Positions 1 to 10,357 of a DNA stretch of 64,000 nt are shown here, piece after piece. Source of the DNA: Capsulimonadales bacterium (GTDB taxonomy: Bacteria; Armatimonadota; Armatimonadia; Armatimonadales; Armatimonadaceae). How positions within the stretch are numbered: the first letter of the stretch is position 1; each line of letters begins with the position of its first letter. Where the stretch lies: NCBI GenBank assembly GCA_033762295.1, contig JANRLW010000038.1:15810-79809 (forward strand), written 5' to 3'. A program made the position numbers and the translations under genes. A model generated the notes under the pieces. The model saw only the letters and a program-made list of their open reading frames with translations, did no database searches and was not told where the DNA came from.

Positions 1-935
1 CGGAGGATGTTCCCCACTCGTTGCTGGTGCAGGTTGGCGATCCGGTGACACGCGGTCAGGTGATCGCGCGGACGACCGGCCTCTGGGGCCTGTTCAAGTC
101 GGAGGCGAAGGCGACGACCACCGGTACGGTGGAGATCGTCTCGCCGGTGACAGGTAACGTCGGCATTCGCGAGACGCCGACGCCGATCGAGGTGTCGGCC
201 TATATCGGCGGTACGGTAACGGAGATTCTTTCCGGCGAAGGGGTCGTCATCTCCACGCGCGGAGCGTTCGTACAGGGCATCTTCGGGGTGGGCGGCGAGC
301 GGCGTGCGCGGTTACGAACGGTTTCCGGCGCTCCCGACGCCGTGCTGACCGGGAACGAGATCACGCCCGATCTGGCGGGGTGGACGATTGTCGGCGGGGC
401 GCGTGTCACCGGCGAGGCGCTGAAAAAGGCCGCGGAATCGGGCGTCGTCGGAATCATCGTCGGCGGCATCACCGATACCGATCTGATCGAGTTCCTCGGC
501 TACGATATCGGGGTCGCGATTACCGGCCATGAAGATATTCCCCTCACTCTCGTCCTTACCGAAGGGTTCGGTAAGATCGCGATGGCACGCCGGACCTACG
601 ACCTGCTGCGTTCCCGTGACGGGCAGTATGCCTCCTTCTCCGGAGCCACCCAGATCCGTGCCGGAGTGATCCGCCCCGAGGTCATCATCGAAGGGCGTCC
701 GGCCGGGGCCTCCGACGCGCCGGCGGACGCAGCGGCCTCGGACTCCTCACTCGCCATCGGCACCGCCATCCGGATCATCCGCGAGCCGTACTTCGGTCGT
801 CTGGCGACCGTCACCGGCCTGCCCCCGGAACTGGTGCGGGTGGAATCCGGCGCGGAAGTTCGCGTCCTTCAGGCCCGCTTGTCCGGCGGGGAGAGCGTCA
901 CGGTCCCACGCGCCAACGTCGAGCGGATACTGTAA
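1..935 (+). CDS. Conserved hypothetical protein, 5'-partial (barrel-sandwich-hybrid-like N-terminal part, KOW-like C-terminus)
   Basis: Frame is open from the window edge; motifs QGIFGVGGE, GATQIRAGVIRPE, IRIIREPYFG and VPRANVE look like a conserved family of unknown function. Confidence 0.6.
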   Translation, partial: EDVPHSLLVQVGDPVTRGQVIARTTGLWGLFKSEAKATTTGTVEIVSPVTGNVGIRETPTPIEVSAYIGGTVTEILSGEGVVISTRGAFVQGIFGVGGERRARLRTVSGAPDAVLTGNEITPDLAGWTIVGGARVTGEALKKAAESGVVGIIVGGITDTDLIEFLGYDIGVAITGHEDIPLTLVLTEGFGKIAMARRTYDLLRSRDGQYASFSGATQIRAGVIRPEVIIEGRPAGASDAPADAAASDSSLAIGTAIRIIREPYFGRLATVTGLPPELVRVESGAEVRVLQARLSGGESVTVPRANVERIL

Positions 936-1005
936 TCGGCCCCCGCCCGGTCGTGTGGCTGCCCCCTCCCTTGATTCGCCCTGGCGTTTTATGCTTCAAT
1001 GTCCC

Positions 1006-2076
1006 ATGGACGTTGCGATTCTGGGCGCTTCGGGAGACTGCGGTCGGGAGATCGCCAGTCAACTGGTCGCGTCGCGCCTCCTCGCCCCGACGGAACGGAT
1101 GCAGATGGTCGGACGGGCGGAGGGTGCGTCCGCCCGTGTTCTCTACGGTCTGGCTGCCGATCTTGCCGACGCGCATGCCGAATATATTCCGGAAGTCGAC
1201 GTCGCCCTGGACCCGTCGGAAGTCGTCGCCGATCTCTGGGTCGTCGCCTGCGGACGAACGATCGAGAAGAACGGTCCGTCCGACCGGAACATGCTGGCGG
1301 AGAGCAACGGCCCTATCTTCGCCGCCTACGCCGATGCCCTGGCCCGCTACGGCCAGGGTTCCGAGATCGCCATCATCGTCTCGAATCCGGTGGAACTGGG
1401 CGTCGCGATCTTCGCGGAGGCGATCGGACGGCATCGGGTGATCGGGATCGGCGCGTTTCAGGACTCGTTGCGTTTCCGCCGCGAGATCGCCTCCGATCTG
1501 GGCGTGCGCCGTCAGCGGGTGAGCGGTTTCATGCTCGGTGAACACGGCGTCAATCAGGTGCCGCTCTGGTCGAGCGTCGGGGTCTACGGCATGGCCCGGG
1601 GCGATGTCGCCGCCGCCATTCGCAACCTGCGCCGGGGAACCGAGGCCGTTCCTTTTGATGATATGGTTCGCGACGGGCGCGACGAGATGACCGCCCTGAT
1701 CGCCGGTGACGATATCGCGGGCGCGTTTCGCCGTCTGGAAAGTCTGCCGCCCGACCTGCGCGTGGTTTTGAAGCCGATCGTCACTCACCTTTCGGGAGCC
1801 AAAACCGTGATGGCGACCGCCAACGTCACCATCGAACTGTTGAAAACGCTTCTCGGCGGGCATGAAGCCCTGATCGCCGCGCAGGTCGTGACCGAGCCGG
1901 AGGAGTACTACGGACTGAAGGGACCGCTGGGCGTTCCGATCATCGTCGGACCGCAGGGGGTTCTGCGCGTGGTGGAGACGCCGGTGACGTCGGACGAGTT
2001 GCAGCGCCTGACGGCGGTTTCGCGCACCGTCGCCGGGCATATCGATCACTGGATGGCGAAACTCGGAAAGAGGTGA
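1006..2076 (+). CDS. Lactate/malate dehydrogenase family protein (atypical, possibly NADP-preferring)
   Basis: VAILGASGDCG Rossmann motif, SNPVE, DSLR and GEHG catalytic motifs; start placed at ATG 1006. Confidence 0.85.
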   Translation: MDVAILGASGDCGREIASQLVASRLLAPTERMQMVGRAEGASARVLYGLAADLADAHAEYIPEVDVALDPSEVVADLWVVACGRTIEKNGPSDRNMLAESNGPIFAAYADALARYGQGSEIAIIVSNPVELGVAIFAEAIGRHRVIGIGAFQDSLRFRREIASDLGVRRQRVSGFMLGEHGVNQVPLWSSVGVYGMARGDVAAAIRNLRRGTEAVPFDDMVRDGRDEMTALIAGDDIAGAFRRLESLPPDLRVVLKPIVTHLSGAKTVMATANVTIELLKTLLGGHEALIAAQVVTEPEEYYGLKGPLGVPIIVGPQGVLRVVETPVTSDELQRLTAVSRTVAGHIDHWMAKLGKR

Positions 2077-2080
2077 CGGG

Positions 2081-2563
2081 GTGAACGTTCTGCCCGAACA
2101 TACGCTGGTACTGCGGCTGACCGACCGTCCCGGCGCGATGGAGTCGATCGCCGCCACGTTCGCCCATCGTGGTATTTCGCTCTGCTGGACCCTCGGCAAC
2201 GACGGTTCGACATCGCCGGACGGTCAGGCGCTGGTCATCGTCCATTTCCGGGCGACGGTGACGCACAAGGAAGCGGTGAAGCGGGTACTGACCCGTCTGA
2301 CCCGTATCGTATCCGTCACCGAACCGGCGGCGGACGGGACGGCGGTACGGCTCTGCGCTCTTGTCCGCCTTCAGCCGGACGGGACCGCTCCGGTCTTGCC
2401 CGTTGGGGCGTCCGGCCATATCGACTTCGTTGCGCAGGATCCGCAGTCCGGCGAAGCCATCTACTCGCTCACCGGTCCGTCCGAGGTCATCGCCCCCATT
2501 TTGAGCGACCTGCACCGTTCCGGAACCGCCCGAACCATCACCCAGGTTCTGCTCGCACTTTAG
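2081..2563 (+). CDS. ACT-domain protein (IlvH/IlvN-like N-terminus)
   Basis: HTLVLRLTDRPGAMESIAATFAHRGISL matches the ACT pattern; 4-nt gap after the dehydrogenase. Confidence 0.7.
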   Translation: MNVLPEHTLVLRLTDRPGAMESIAATFAHRGISLCWTLGNDGSTSPDGQALVIVHFRATVTHKEAVKRVLTRLTRIVSVTEPAADGTAVRLCALVRLQPDGTAPVLPVGASGHIDFVAQDPQSGEAIYSLTGPSEVIAPILSDLHRSGTARTITQVLLAL

Positions 2564-2611
2564 CCGGGGTCAGGCATCCCCCGGATGCCACCGTTCCGCC
2601 GGCCTTGCCCC

Positions 2612-2640
2612 TTTACAGTGTTTCGGGCAACGGTTACCAT
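2612..2640 (+). promoter_or_regulatory. Putative sigma70 promoter of phoD
   Basis: TTTACA-N17-TACCAT. Confidence 0.5.
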
Positions 2641-2690
2641 AGGGGTGCCGGGCGTTTGCCCGAGCCACCGACAGGGTACAGGGCTATTCG

Positions 2691-4274
2691 ATGTCTGCCG
2701 ATACCGTTCTTCCTCCGTTCGGGCCGTTGACCCGACGTCAACTCTTGAAACGATCCGCCTCCGGGCTTCTCCTCGCCGCCACGTCCGCCGTCCCGCTTCC
2801 CTCGATCGCGCAGGGCGGTCGTCCGGTTCTTACCCACGGCATCCAGTCCGGCGATATCACGGAAACGTCCGCCATTCTCTGGAGCCGCAGCGACCGTCCG
2901 GCCCGGATGGTGGTCGAGGTAGCGGCAACCGAGCAGTTTCGGGACGCGCGACGCCTCCTCGGACCGGTCGCGCTCGAAAACACCGACTTCACGGCCAAGC
3001 TGCGGGTCACCGACCTGCCGGCGGGCCAGGAGGTGTTCTACCGTGTCTCGTTCGTGGGCCTCGACAGCGACCGGGCAACGAGCGAACCGCAGATCGGCCG
3101 TCTGCGCACCGCGCCCGCGCCGAACGGCAAGCCGAATCGGGCCGTTTCGTTCGTCTGGACCGGCGATACCGCCGGGCAGGGCTGGGGCATCAACGAGGAG
3201 TGGGGCGGAATGCGGGGCTACGAAACCATGTTGCGCAACCGACCGGACTTCCTGATCAACTCCGGTGACTGCGTCTACAGCGACGGTGTCATCCCCGCCG
3301 AGGTCAAGCTCGCCGACGGGACGCTCTGGAAAAACCGGACCACCGAAGCGAAATCGAAGGTCGCCGAAACCCTGGAAGAGTTCCGGGGGAACTTCCGGTA
3401 CAACCTGCTCGACACCCATTATCGGAAAATGATGGCCGAGACGCCGATGCTGGTGCAGTGGGACGATCACGAGACGACGAACAACTGGTACCCCGAAGAG
3501 ATACTGGAGGATAGTCGCTACACCGTCAAGAGCGTTCCGCTGCTGTCCGCGCGGGCCAACCAGGCGTTCCGCGAGTATATGCCGATCCGTGAGTTCGACG
3601 ACGAGCCGGGCCGCGTTTATCGCAAAATCTCCTACGGTCCCCTGCTCGATATCTTCGTCATAGACATGCGAACCTACCGCGGAAACAACACGGCCAACCG
3701 GCAGGAGCGGCCGGGACCGGATACCGCGTTTCTCGGTGCGGCGCAGATGGCCTGGCTGAAGCGGGAATTGGAGTCTAGCCGGGCGACGTGGAAGGTGTTT
3801 GCGGCGGATATGCCGATCGGCCTCATCGTGCCGGACGGCAACGCGATGGAGGCGATCGCCAACGGTGACGGTCCGCCGCTCGGACGGGAGTTCGAAATTG
3901 CCGACCTGTTGCGCTTCCTCAAACAGCGGGATATCCGGAATACGCTCTGGCTGACCGCCGACGTCCACTATACCGCCGCCCATCACTACGATCCGGCCAG
4001 GGCGCAGTTCAAGGAGTTTCTGCCGTTCTGGGAGTTTGTCTCCGGCCCGATCCATGCCGGAACGTTCGGTCCGAACAGGATCGATCCGACTTTCGGGCCG
4101 GAGGTCCGGTTCATCAAGGATGGCGGCGGCAAATCCAATCTTCCGCCGAGCGACGGGTTACAGTTCTTCGGACACGTCCGCATCGCGCCCGATACGCGGG
4201 TTCTGACGGTCACCCTGAAGGACATCGCCGATCGATCGCTGTATACCGTCGATCTGACACCGCAACGCCGCTGA
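2691..4274 (+). CDS. phoD: PhoD-family alkaline phosphatase, Tat-exported
   Basis: TRRQLLK Tat motif, GDCVYSD, WDDHE, DMRTYR and TADVHY motifs. Confidence 0.92.
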   Translation: MSADTVLPPFGPLTRRQLLKRSASGLLLAATSAVPLPSIAQGGRPVLTHGIQSGDITETSAILWSRSDRPARMVVEVAATEQFRDARRLLGPVALENTDFTAKLRVTDLPAGQEVFYRVSFVGLDSDRATSEPQIGRLRTAPAPNGKPNRAVSFVWTGDTAGQGWGINEEWGGMRGYETMLRNRPDFLINSGDCVYSDGVIPAEVKLADGTLWKNRTTEAKSKVAETLEEFRGNFRYNLLDTHYRKMMAETPMLVQWDDHETTNNWYPEEILEDSRYTVKSVPLLSARANQAFREYMPIREFDDEPGRVYRKISYGPLLDIFVIDMRTYRGNNTANRQERPGPDTAFLGAAQMAWLKRELESSRATWKVFAADMPIGLIVPDGNAMEAIANGDGPPLGREFEIADLLRFLKQRDIRNTLWLTADVHYTAAHHYDPARAQFKEFLPFWEFVSGPIHAGTFGPNRIDPTFGPEVRFIKDGGGKSNLPPSDGLQFFGHVRIAPDTRVLTVTLKDIADRSLYTVDLTPQRR

Positions 4275-4314
4275 GCCGGTCGGTCCGATCGTTCCCGATC
4301 GGCCTGCCCTTCGT

Positions 4315-5127
4315 TCAGATTCCCGGATCGAAGAGCAGGCCGATCGCCCGGGCGAGTTCGGTTTCCGGGCTTCCCGACGGCGCGACCCGATTGGCGGCCG
4401 CCCGCGCCGCCGGACGACCATGCGACATGGCGACCCCCAGTCCGGCCCAGGCCAGCATTTCGACATCATTGTTCCCGTCGCCGAACGCGACCACCTGGGA
4501 ACCTTCGATCCCGTGCCGTTCGGCCACCGTCGCCAGACCGTGCGCCTTGTTCACGCCCGGAGCCATGAACTCCAGGTACTCCGGATCGGTGATGGTGATA
4601 TACAACCGCTCGCCGAACCGCTCCCGCGCCCGGTCCCGAAGCGTCAGAATCCGTTGTGGTTCATCGATCCACAGGATTTTCAACGCCGATTCGCCGCCGA
4701 AATCCTCCAGGGGATCGTGGATGCTGGCCAGACTGCCGGTTCGTGTCTCGTATAGCTGCACCCAGCGGTCGCGTTCCCGAACATAGGCGTTGCCGTCGGT
4801 GTGATAGTAGTTCTGCGCGACGCCCAGTTCGTCGCCCCATTGGATGACCGTCTCGGCGAGGTCGGCGGGCATCACGATCTCATGCCAGGTTTCGCCGTTT
4901 TCGGCCACCTTGACGCACGCGCCGTTACAGGAGACGATGGGACCGCTCAGATCGAGCTGGCGATGGAAGCGCAGCATATTCTCGTGACGCCGCCCGGAGG
5001 CGAGGACGCAATGCACGCCCGCTTCCTGCAGGCGTCGGACGGCCTCGGCATTCTCCCGGCTGATCGCCTTATCGGGTCCGAGCAGAGTGTCATCCAGGTC
5101 GATCGCGGCAAGCCGGTACGGCAGCAT
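4315..5127 (-). CDS. Cof-type HAD-IIB hydrolase
   Basis: DLDDTLL, ASGR, K and FGDGNND motifs. Confidence 0.92.
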   Translation of the reverse strand: MLPYRLAAIDLDDTLLGPDKAISRENAEAVRRLQEAGVHCVLASGRRHENMLRFHRQLDLSGPIVSCNGACVKVAENGETWHEIVMPADLAETVIQWGDELGVAQNYYHTDGNAYVRERDRWVQLYETRTGSLASIHDPLEDFGGESALKILWIDEPQRILTLRDRARERFGERLYITITDPEYLEFMAPGVNKAHGLATVAERHGIEGSQVVAFGDGNNDVEMLAWAGLGVAMSHGRPAARAAANRVAPSGSPETELARAIGLLFDPGI

Positions 5128-5295
5128 TTTGATTCCCTTTCGTGTTCGACGGTCCTGACGGGTGGATGCGCCTTTGCCTCCGCCAGTATACCGCTATACC
5201 GCGAACGTTCGCGCATTTCCGTACACGGGACGGTCGGGCGAGAGAACGCGTTTGCGAGAACCCTCCGGGAAGGTGTCTTGCGTTCGTCGTAGGCG

Positions 5296-6108
5296 TCATT
5301 TTTTACGGAGGGAAGAACGCATCCGTTCGGTGGCGAAATCGACGGCGGGAGCCAGCGGGAAGAGTCGGGTCGGCGCGGACCCGACCAGGCCGAAGCGAAC
5401 CTTTCCCATCCGATCCCAGGCCGCGCCGATCTCCTCGAACGGATCGCTGTCGAAGTCGATGTCCTCGTAGGCCACCCACTGCCGTCCCTGCTCCGTTTGA
5501 ATCGCCGCGTGGTGGACGGTCGGCGTGGCGATACCGCTCCGGTATTCGCTCAAATGGAAGCAGGTGCAGCACTCATACGCGGTTCCGAGCATGAGAACCT
5601 GCGCGTCGCGTTGGTAGAGGCGTCCGAGCGGCGAGTTCTCTCCCAGTCCGTCGTTCAATGGGTGATCCCGCGTGATCGCCTCCGCTTCCGGACCGCAGGC
5701 GCAGAAGGAGACGACCGGATGGTAGCTGCGCCGTACGCCCGGCCAGGTTCGGAAGGTTTCGACGATCCGTCCCATGCCGCGTGTCGGTGTGACCTGCGGA
5801 TCGAAGACCGGCATCGTCTCCCGGATAATCGGCCACCAGTGCTCGGGAACGGGCGGGTTCTGCCAGCGGGCCGGATCGGAGTTTTCGCCGGAGAAGGCGG
5901 GCGTCACCAGAGTGCCCGTCGGGCCGAGAACGTCGAAAATCGCCTGCAGTACGGTCACGGAGCTTCCGCAGACCCATCCCAGGCGGGAAAGCGACGAGTG
6001 CAGGAAGACCAGGCTGCCCTCGGCGAGGCCGAGCTTTCGAAGATCGTTTGCCAGGCTGGCGCGAGTCCGTGGCAGATCGGCGGCACGAATACTTTTTTCT
6101 TCGCTCAT
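5296..6108 (-). CDS. AAC(3)/YokD-family N-acetyltransferase
   Basis: LHSSLSRLGWVCG, GTLVTP, MGRIVETFR, SYHP and TCFHLSE motifs. Confidence 0.9.
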   Translation of the reverse strand: MSEEKSIRAADLPRTRASLANDLRKLGLAEGSLVFLHSSLSRLGWVCGSSVTVLQAIFDVLGPTGTLVTPAFSGENSDPARWQNPPVPEHWWPIIRETMPVFDPQVTPTRGMGRIVETFRTWPGVRRSYHPVVSFCACGPEAEAITRDHPLNDGLGENSPLGRLYQRDAQVLMLGTAYECCTCFHLSEYRSGIATPTVHHAAIQTEQGRQWVAYEDIDFDSDPFEEIGAAWDRMGKVRFGLVGSAPTRLFPLAPAVDFATERMRSSLRKK

Positions 6109-6141
6109 CGGTTCCTCCGTCAGGCAGGGCTGGAAACAGGG

Positions 6142-6795
6142 CTAGAAAAGCGTGGTGGGCGGTTCCTTTTTCGCGACGATGACCTGTTTGCGCGCGGCTT
6201 CGATGTCGGCGATCAGTGAGGCGCGCGCCGAATCGTAGGCTTCGCCCTGCTGGCGAAGAATATACGCCGGGTGCAGGCCGGCAATCGCGTAACGGGCGTA
6301 CTTCGACGGAAAGAACTGTCCGCGCTCGCTCATGATCTTGAAGTTTTTGTGGATGATCGCGCTGGCGGCCGGTCCGCCCAGACAGAGGATTACCAGTGGC
6401 TGAATCGTTTGCAGGGTCGGTTCGAGCCAGAGGGTGGTACAGGTGGCGGCTTCATCGGCGAACGGCGCACGGTTTTTCAGGCGATTGCCTTCCTTTTCCG
6501 TGGGGCGGCAACGGACGACGTTGGTAATAAAAACGTGCTTCCGGGTCATGCCGCACTCGCGCAGGCATTCGTCCAGCAGTTGTCCGGCTCGTCCGACAAA
6601 CGGTCGTCCGGTGGCATCCTCGGTCTCGCCCGGTCCCTCGCCGACGATGACCAGGGGAGTGTTCGGATTTCCCTCCCCGAAGACCACATTGGTCCGGGCC
6701 TCATGCAGGCGGCAGGCCGTGCAGTCCGACGCCTCCTGCCGCAATGCCTCGATTCCGGTTTCTTTCTCGGTCGCTTCCGGCGAACCCGTAGCCAT
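6142..6795 (-). CDS. Uracil-DNA glycosylase family 4 (Fe-S)
   Basis: CTACRL, GEGPG, GRPFVG, NVVRCRP and HPAY motifs. Confidence 0.93.
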   Translation of the reverse strand: MATGSPEATEKETGIEALRQEASDCTACRLHEARTNVVFGEGNPNTPLVIVGEGPGETEDATGRPFVGRAGQLLDECLRECGMTRKHVFITNVVRCRPTEKEGNRLKNRAPFADEAATCTTLWLEPTLQTIQPLVILCLGGPAASAIIHKNFKIMSERGQFFPSKYARYAIAGLHPAYILRQQGEAYDSARASLIADIEAARKQVIVAKKEPPTTLF

Positions 6796-6815
6796 TTCCT
6801 GCTCCCGCCTCGTTT

Positions 6816-7346
6816 CTAACTCGCCTTACCCGCGCTTTCTCGCGCCTCGATCGCACCACGAACTTTTCGATACGTCTGCTCCAGCGTCTCGGGCAACACC
6901 TTGACCTCGCCGATGACCGGCATAAAATTGGTATCGCCGTTCCAGCGCGGGACGATGTGCAGATGCAGATGCGCCGCAATCCCGGCGCCCGCCGCACTGC
7001 CGACGTTAATCCCGATATTATACCCGTTTGCCCGGTAGACCTCGTCCAGAACCGTCGTCAGGTTCGCGGTCGTCATCATCATCTCCGCGCACTCGTCCGG
7101 GGTCATCTCGGCCGGGCGGGCGATATGCCGGTACGGAAGCACCATCAGATGCCCGTTGTTGTACGGATAGGCGTTCAAAATGACGAAACAGGTCGGTCCC
7201 CGGTAGACGATGAAGTTTTCCGCATCGTTCTCCTCGCCGGTCTGCGTCGGCTTGTGGCAGAAGATGCAATCCGGGCGCGTCGCGTCGGCGGCGGGTTTGT
7301 TCTCGGTAATATAACTGAGTCGCCAGGGGGCGAAAAGTCGTTCCAC
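6816..7346 (-). CDS. HIT-family hydrolase (Ap4A phosphorylase-like)
   Basis: [13 protein letters not shown] and [10 protein letters not shown] motifs; AGGAG Shine-Dalgarno (SD). Confidence 0.92.
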   Translation of the reverse strand: MERLFAPWRLSYITENKPAADATRPDCIFCHKPTQTGEENDAENFIVYRGPTCFVILNAYPYNNGHLMVLPYRHIARPAEMTPDECAEMMMTTANLTTVLDEVYRANGYNIGINVGSAAGAGIAAHLHLHIVPRWNGDTNFMPVIGEVKVLPETLEQTYRKVRGAIEARESAGKAS

Positions 7347-7425
7347 GTTTTCGGTGCTCCTGAAGGCGGGAGGGACGATTCTCCCGGTGATAGTGTAATC
7401 CCCCGCGCCGCTCCCGGCAACTCAC

Positions 7426-7465
7426 TTGACAAATGCCCTATTTTTAGTATATATTTTTATATCAA
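7426..7465 (+). promoter_or_regulatory. Sigma70 promoter with shared 18-bp motif
   Basis: TTGACA-N18-TATATT; TATATATTTTTATATCAA at 7448-7465. Confidence 0.7.
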
Positions 7466-7508
7466 TTCGAGCCGACTTCGGTCGGTCTTCGTCTCATTCG
7501 GAGATCGT

Positions 7509-8378
7509 ATGCTCTCAACCTCGAAGCCCTCCCGTCGGGCCGCTTTCACGCTGATCGAGCTGCTCGTCGTGATCGCCATAATCGCGATTCTGGCGGCTAT
7601 TCTTTTCCCGGTTTTCGCCCAGGCGCGGGAAAAAGCCCGGCAGACGTCGTGCCTGTCCAACATGAAGCAGATCCTTCTGTCGGAGATCATGTACACGGGC
7701 GACTATGATGAGATGCTGCCTCGCATCCGATACGGCGCAGCCAATAGTAATGTCTACTGGGTGCTGGCGATCGACGATGTTCTCGCGCCGTACATCAAGA
7801 GCGAGCAGGTCTGGAAATGCCCGTCGGACAGCGTTTCACGGAACGACTGCGATGCGGACGGATGGGGAACGCCGATCAGCTACGCGTTTACGTACTATCG
7901 CCCCTCGACCGCCCCGCAGAACGGCAACCCGATCGAGGTGCAGTTCGGCGTTCACAGTCTGCACAACGCCAGCGCGGTCAACAACTACGATTCGCTGACC
8001 CTTCCCGCGATCGGTGCGCCCGCCGAGACGGTCTCCATGTACGAACTGTTCTTCACCGGCAGTTACACCCAGGGCTATCCGTACTACCGGAACGATCAGC
8101 GCGGCATCGCCTATTCCCAGTTCGAGTTACCGACCTCGTTCGGTCCCGATACCGCGCCGAACGCTCTGCAGACCAACTGGTGCGCTACCGGGGACGCTCT
8201 GATGTCGATCGGAGCGCACAGCGGCATTACCAACTTCGGGTTTCTCGACGGTCACGTCAAGGGAATGCGGCGCAGCGCGTTGATGCCGAAGGACTGGACG
8301 CTGGCCGGGATCGAGGCCCGACGGGCCGCCGGTCAGTCGAACAAGAATCTGATCCACTGGGATTCCCAGTTTAAGTAA
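7509..8378 (+). CDS. DUF1559 prepilin-type N-terminal cleavage / H-X9-DG protein
   Basis: [54 protein letters not shown] before ATG 7509. Confidence 0.92.
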   Translation: MLSTSKPSRRAAFTLIELLVVIAIIAILAAILFPVFAQAREKARQTSCLSNMKQILLSEIMYTGDYDEMLPRIRYGAANSNVYWVLAIDDVLAPYIKSEQVWKCPSDSVSRNDCDADGWGTPISYAFTYYRPSTAPQNGNPIEVQFGVHSLHNASAVNNYDSLTLPAIGAPAETVSMYELFFTGSYTQGYPYYRNDQRGIAYSQFELPTSFGPDTAPNALQTNWCATGDALMSIGAHSGITNFGFLDGHVKGMRRSALMPKDWTLAGIEARRAAGQSNKNLIHWDSQFK

Positions 8379-8388
8379 GGAAGAATCG

Positions 8389-8571
8389 ATGCGACCGGAA
8401 GAAGCGGACGATCCGTCCAAACGGACCAAGTTGATACTTATCGTCGTCGGGGTCGTTCTGGCGCTCGGCCTGGCGATATGGTCCGGCTTTCGCGCGCTGG
8501 ATACCCGTCCGCGGGTGACCGGCGTTCTGGGAGAGGACCCCGCCATGACCTCAACGGGCGGCGGAAAATAG
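8389..8571 (+). CDS. Small single-TM protein (pilin partner)
   Basis: AAGGA SD; one hydrophobic helix; 10 nt after the pilin stop. Confidence 0.7.
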   Translation: MRPEEADDPSKRTKLILIVVGVVLALGLAIWSGFRALDTRPRVTGVLGEDPAMTSTGGGK

Positions 8572-8600
8572 GAAGCGACCGCCGGGTAACCGCCGTGAGA

Positions 8601-8635
8601 AAACGCCGGGTTCCAAGAGCCCGGCGTTTCGCTTT
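8601..8635 (+). terminator. Intrinsic terminator
   Basis: AAACGCCGGG/CCCGGCGTTT stem followed by T-rich bases. Confidence 0.7.
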
Positions 8636-8709
8636 GCCGCATGTTCCGGTTGTTCCATGATCCGAATCGGAACCGGGTCGCTTTCCTGCGGGAATTTCGG
8701 CAAACGCCA

Positions 8710-8748
8710 TTGACATATTGAACGACCTCATATATATTTTCATATCAA
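8710..8748 (+). promoter_or_regulatory. Sigma70 promoter with shared 18-bp motif
   Basis: TTGACA-N17-TATATT; TATATATTTTCATATCAA at 8731-8748. Confidence 0.75.
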
Positions 8749-8885
8749 CGGAGCTTTTTTCGCCTGTCATCGGACGTCGGCCGGCGTCTCCTGTTGTCGC
8801 GGAGCGTGCCGATCGAAACCGTGCCGCCCCTCCGTCTCTCCGGGAATCGGCGTTCCCATCCTTTACCGTTTAAGGAGCTACTCGT

Positions 8886-9869
8886 ATGCAACGCACGAAT
8901 CAGCGCGCAGCCTCTCATCCCTTTAAAGGTGTTCGGGCCGGCTTTACGCTCATCGAACTGCTCGTGGTCATTGCCATCATCGCCATTCTTGCCGCCATTC
9001 TTTTCCCTGTTTTCGCTCAGGCCCGTGACAAGGCGCGTCAGGCGACCTGTCTTTCCAACCAGAAGCAGATTCTGCTGGCGATCCTTGCCTATGTTCAGGA
9101 TTACGACGAAATGCTTCCGCGCGGACGCGCCTGGGACCCTCCCGCCCCCTGCGGCACCGGGACGGACTATGTGGCGGGAGGTCTTGCCGCCGGCTTCAAT
9201 ACCGACGGGCAGAACGATCAGGTCTTCGGGATTGAGAACGCCGTCGATCCTTATGTCAAAGCCGGACAGCCGTGGGGCGACGACCGACGCGGCACGGTCT
9301 GGCACTGTCCGAAAGATACGCTGGTGCGCCATGACTGCAGCCCGAGCGGCCCGAACAAAGCGGTCGGCTACGCCATCAGCTACTCCTTCACCCGCTACAA
9401 TCCCCGTTCCGCCTCCGGCTTCGGCCTGTTCGCCCGTGGCGGACGCGGCAGCAACGTCTGCAATGCCAGCAACTCCGAATACTTCGAGACCGGCGGCGGT
9501 CCGATCAACTCGCGTACTCTGGCCGGCATCGGAGTTCCGGCCGATACCGTCATGATGTTCGAGTTCTACGGAGCGGACGCCGGTTACTCCCGGTTCGTCG
9601 CCGGAATGCGAACCAATGCCGCCGATGTTGCCTCTCCCCGCTGGACGGACTACCCGGCGACGATGGATATCGGGGACGGTTGCGGCGATGGCACCCGATG
9701 GTTGTACACCATGGGCAGCCACCAGGGTGTCATGAACATCGGCTGGGCCGACGGTCACGTCAAGGCTGCCCGCCGCCTCAGTCTGATCGCGGGCGTCAGT
9801 CCGACGACCGGCGCCTGGGACGGAGTCAGCCGACCGAACCGAGTGCACTGGGATGAATCCTTCCACTGA
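8886..9869 (+). CDS. DUF1559 prepilin-type / H-X9-DG protein
   Basis: [37 protein letters not shown]. Confidence 0.92.
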   Translation: MQRTNQRAASHPFKGVRAGFTLIELLVVIAIIAILAAILFPVFAQARDKARQATCLSNQKQILLAILAYVQDYDEMLPRGRAWDPPAPCGTGTDYVAGGLAAGFNTDGQNDQVFGIENAVDPYVKAGQPWGDDRRGTVWHCPKDTLVRHDCSPSGPNKAVGYAISYSFTRYNPRSASGFGLFARGGRGSNVCNASNSEYFETGGGPINSRTLAGIGVPADTVMMFEFYGADAGYSRFVAGMRTNAADVASPRWTDYPATMDIGDGCGDGTRWLYTMGSHQGVMNIGWADGHVKAARRLSLIAGVSPTTGAWDGVSRPNRVHWDESFH

Positions 9870-9908
9870 CCCCCGATCCGTTCAGGAGATCGTTCAGGAG
9901 ATACTGTC

Positions 9909-10154
9909 GTGAGTTACAACAGCACGGAGGGCAACAAACTCTCCCAGCGGGATATGCTGGTCATCGCGGGGGCGATCGTCGCGGTCGTCATTGCGGCGGT
10001 CGTCATCGTTCGCATCGTTCTGGCGGACCGTCCGTATGCGGTCAATAAGCCGCCGGCCGCCAAGGGGTTCTCCGAGAAGCTCCAGGGGCTCAAGGCGGAC
10101 GAGCAGGCGAGACAGGCTAAAGAAAAGGTTGCCGGCGACGATTTCCAGCCCTGA
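9909..10154 (+). CDS. Small single-TM protein (pilin partner)
   Basis: AGGAG SD inside a duplicated 12-mer CGTTCAGGAGAT; one TM helix. Confidence 0.7.
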   Translation: MSYNSTEGNKLSQRDMLVIAGAIVAVVIAAVVIVRIVLADRPYAVNKPPAAKGFSEKLQGLKADEQARQAKEKVAGDDFQP

Positions 10155-10241
10155 TCGCCCATTTTGTATCCGTTCCTGGCGGCCCGTCCCGAATCGACGG
10201 GCCGCTCTTTCGTTCCGGTTCGCCCCGGTTCCCGTTTGCAT

Positions 10242-10270
10242 TTGACAGCCGGTAAGAAGTGTTCTATACT
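10242..10270 (+). promoter_or_regulatory. Sigma70 promoter
   Basis: TTGACA-N17-TATACT. Confidence 0.75.
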
Positions 10271-10357
10271 CAACCACAATCCGGTCATCGCCGACCGATC
10301 ACCGTCTCTTCGACGGTTCCCCCTGATGCTTCGAATTTTTCCTTAGGAGTTCGTTTC

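Noticed and set aside
6957..7508. Long N-terminal extensions in the ORF track (also for ligA, MFS, apbE and lacI)
   Set aside because: They overlap opposite-strand or upstream genes or promoters; downstream starts have SD or -10 support
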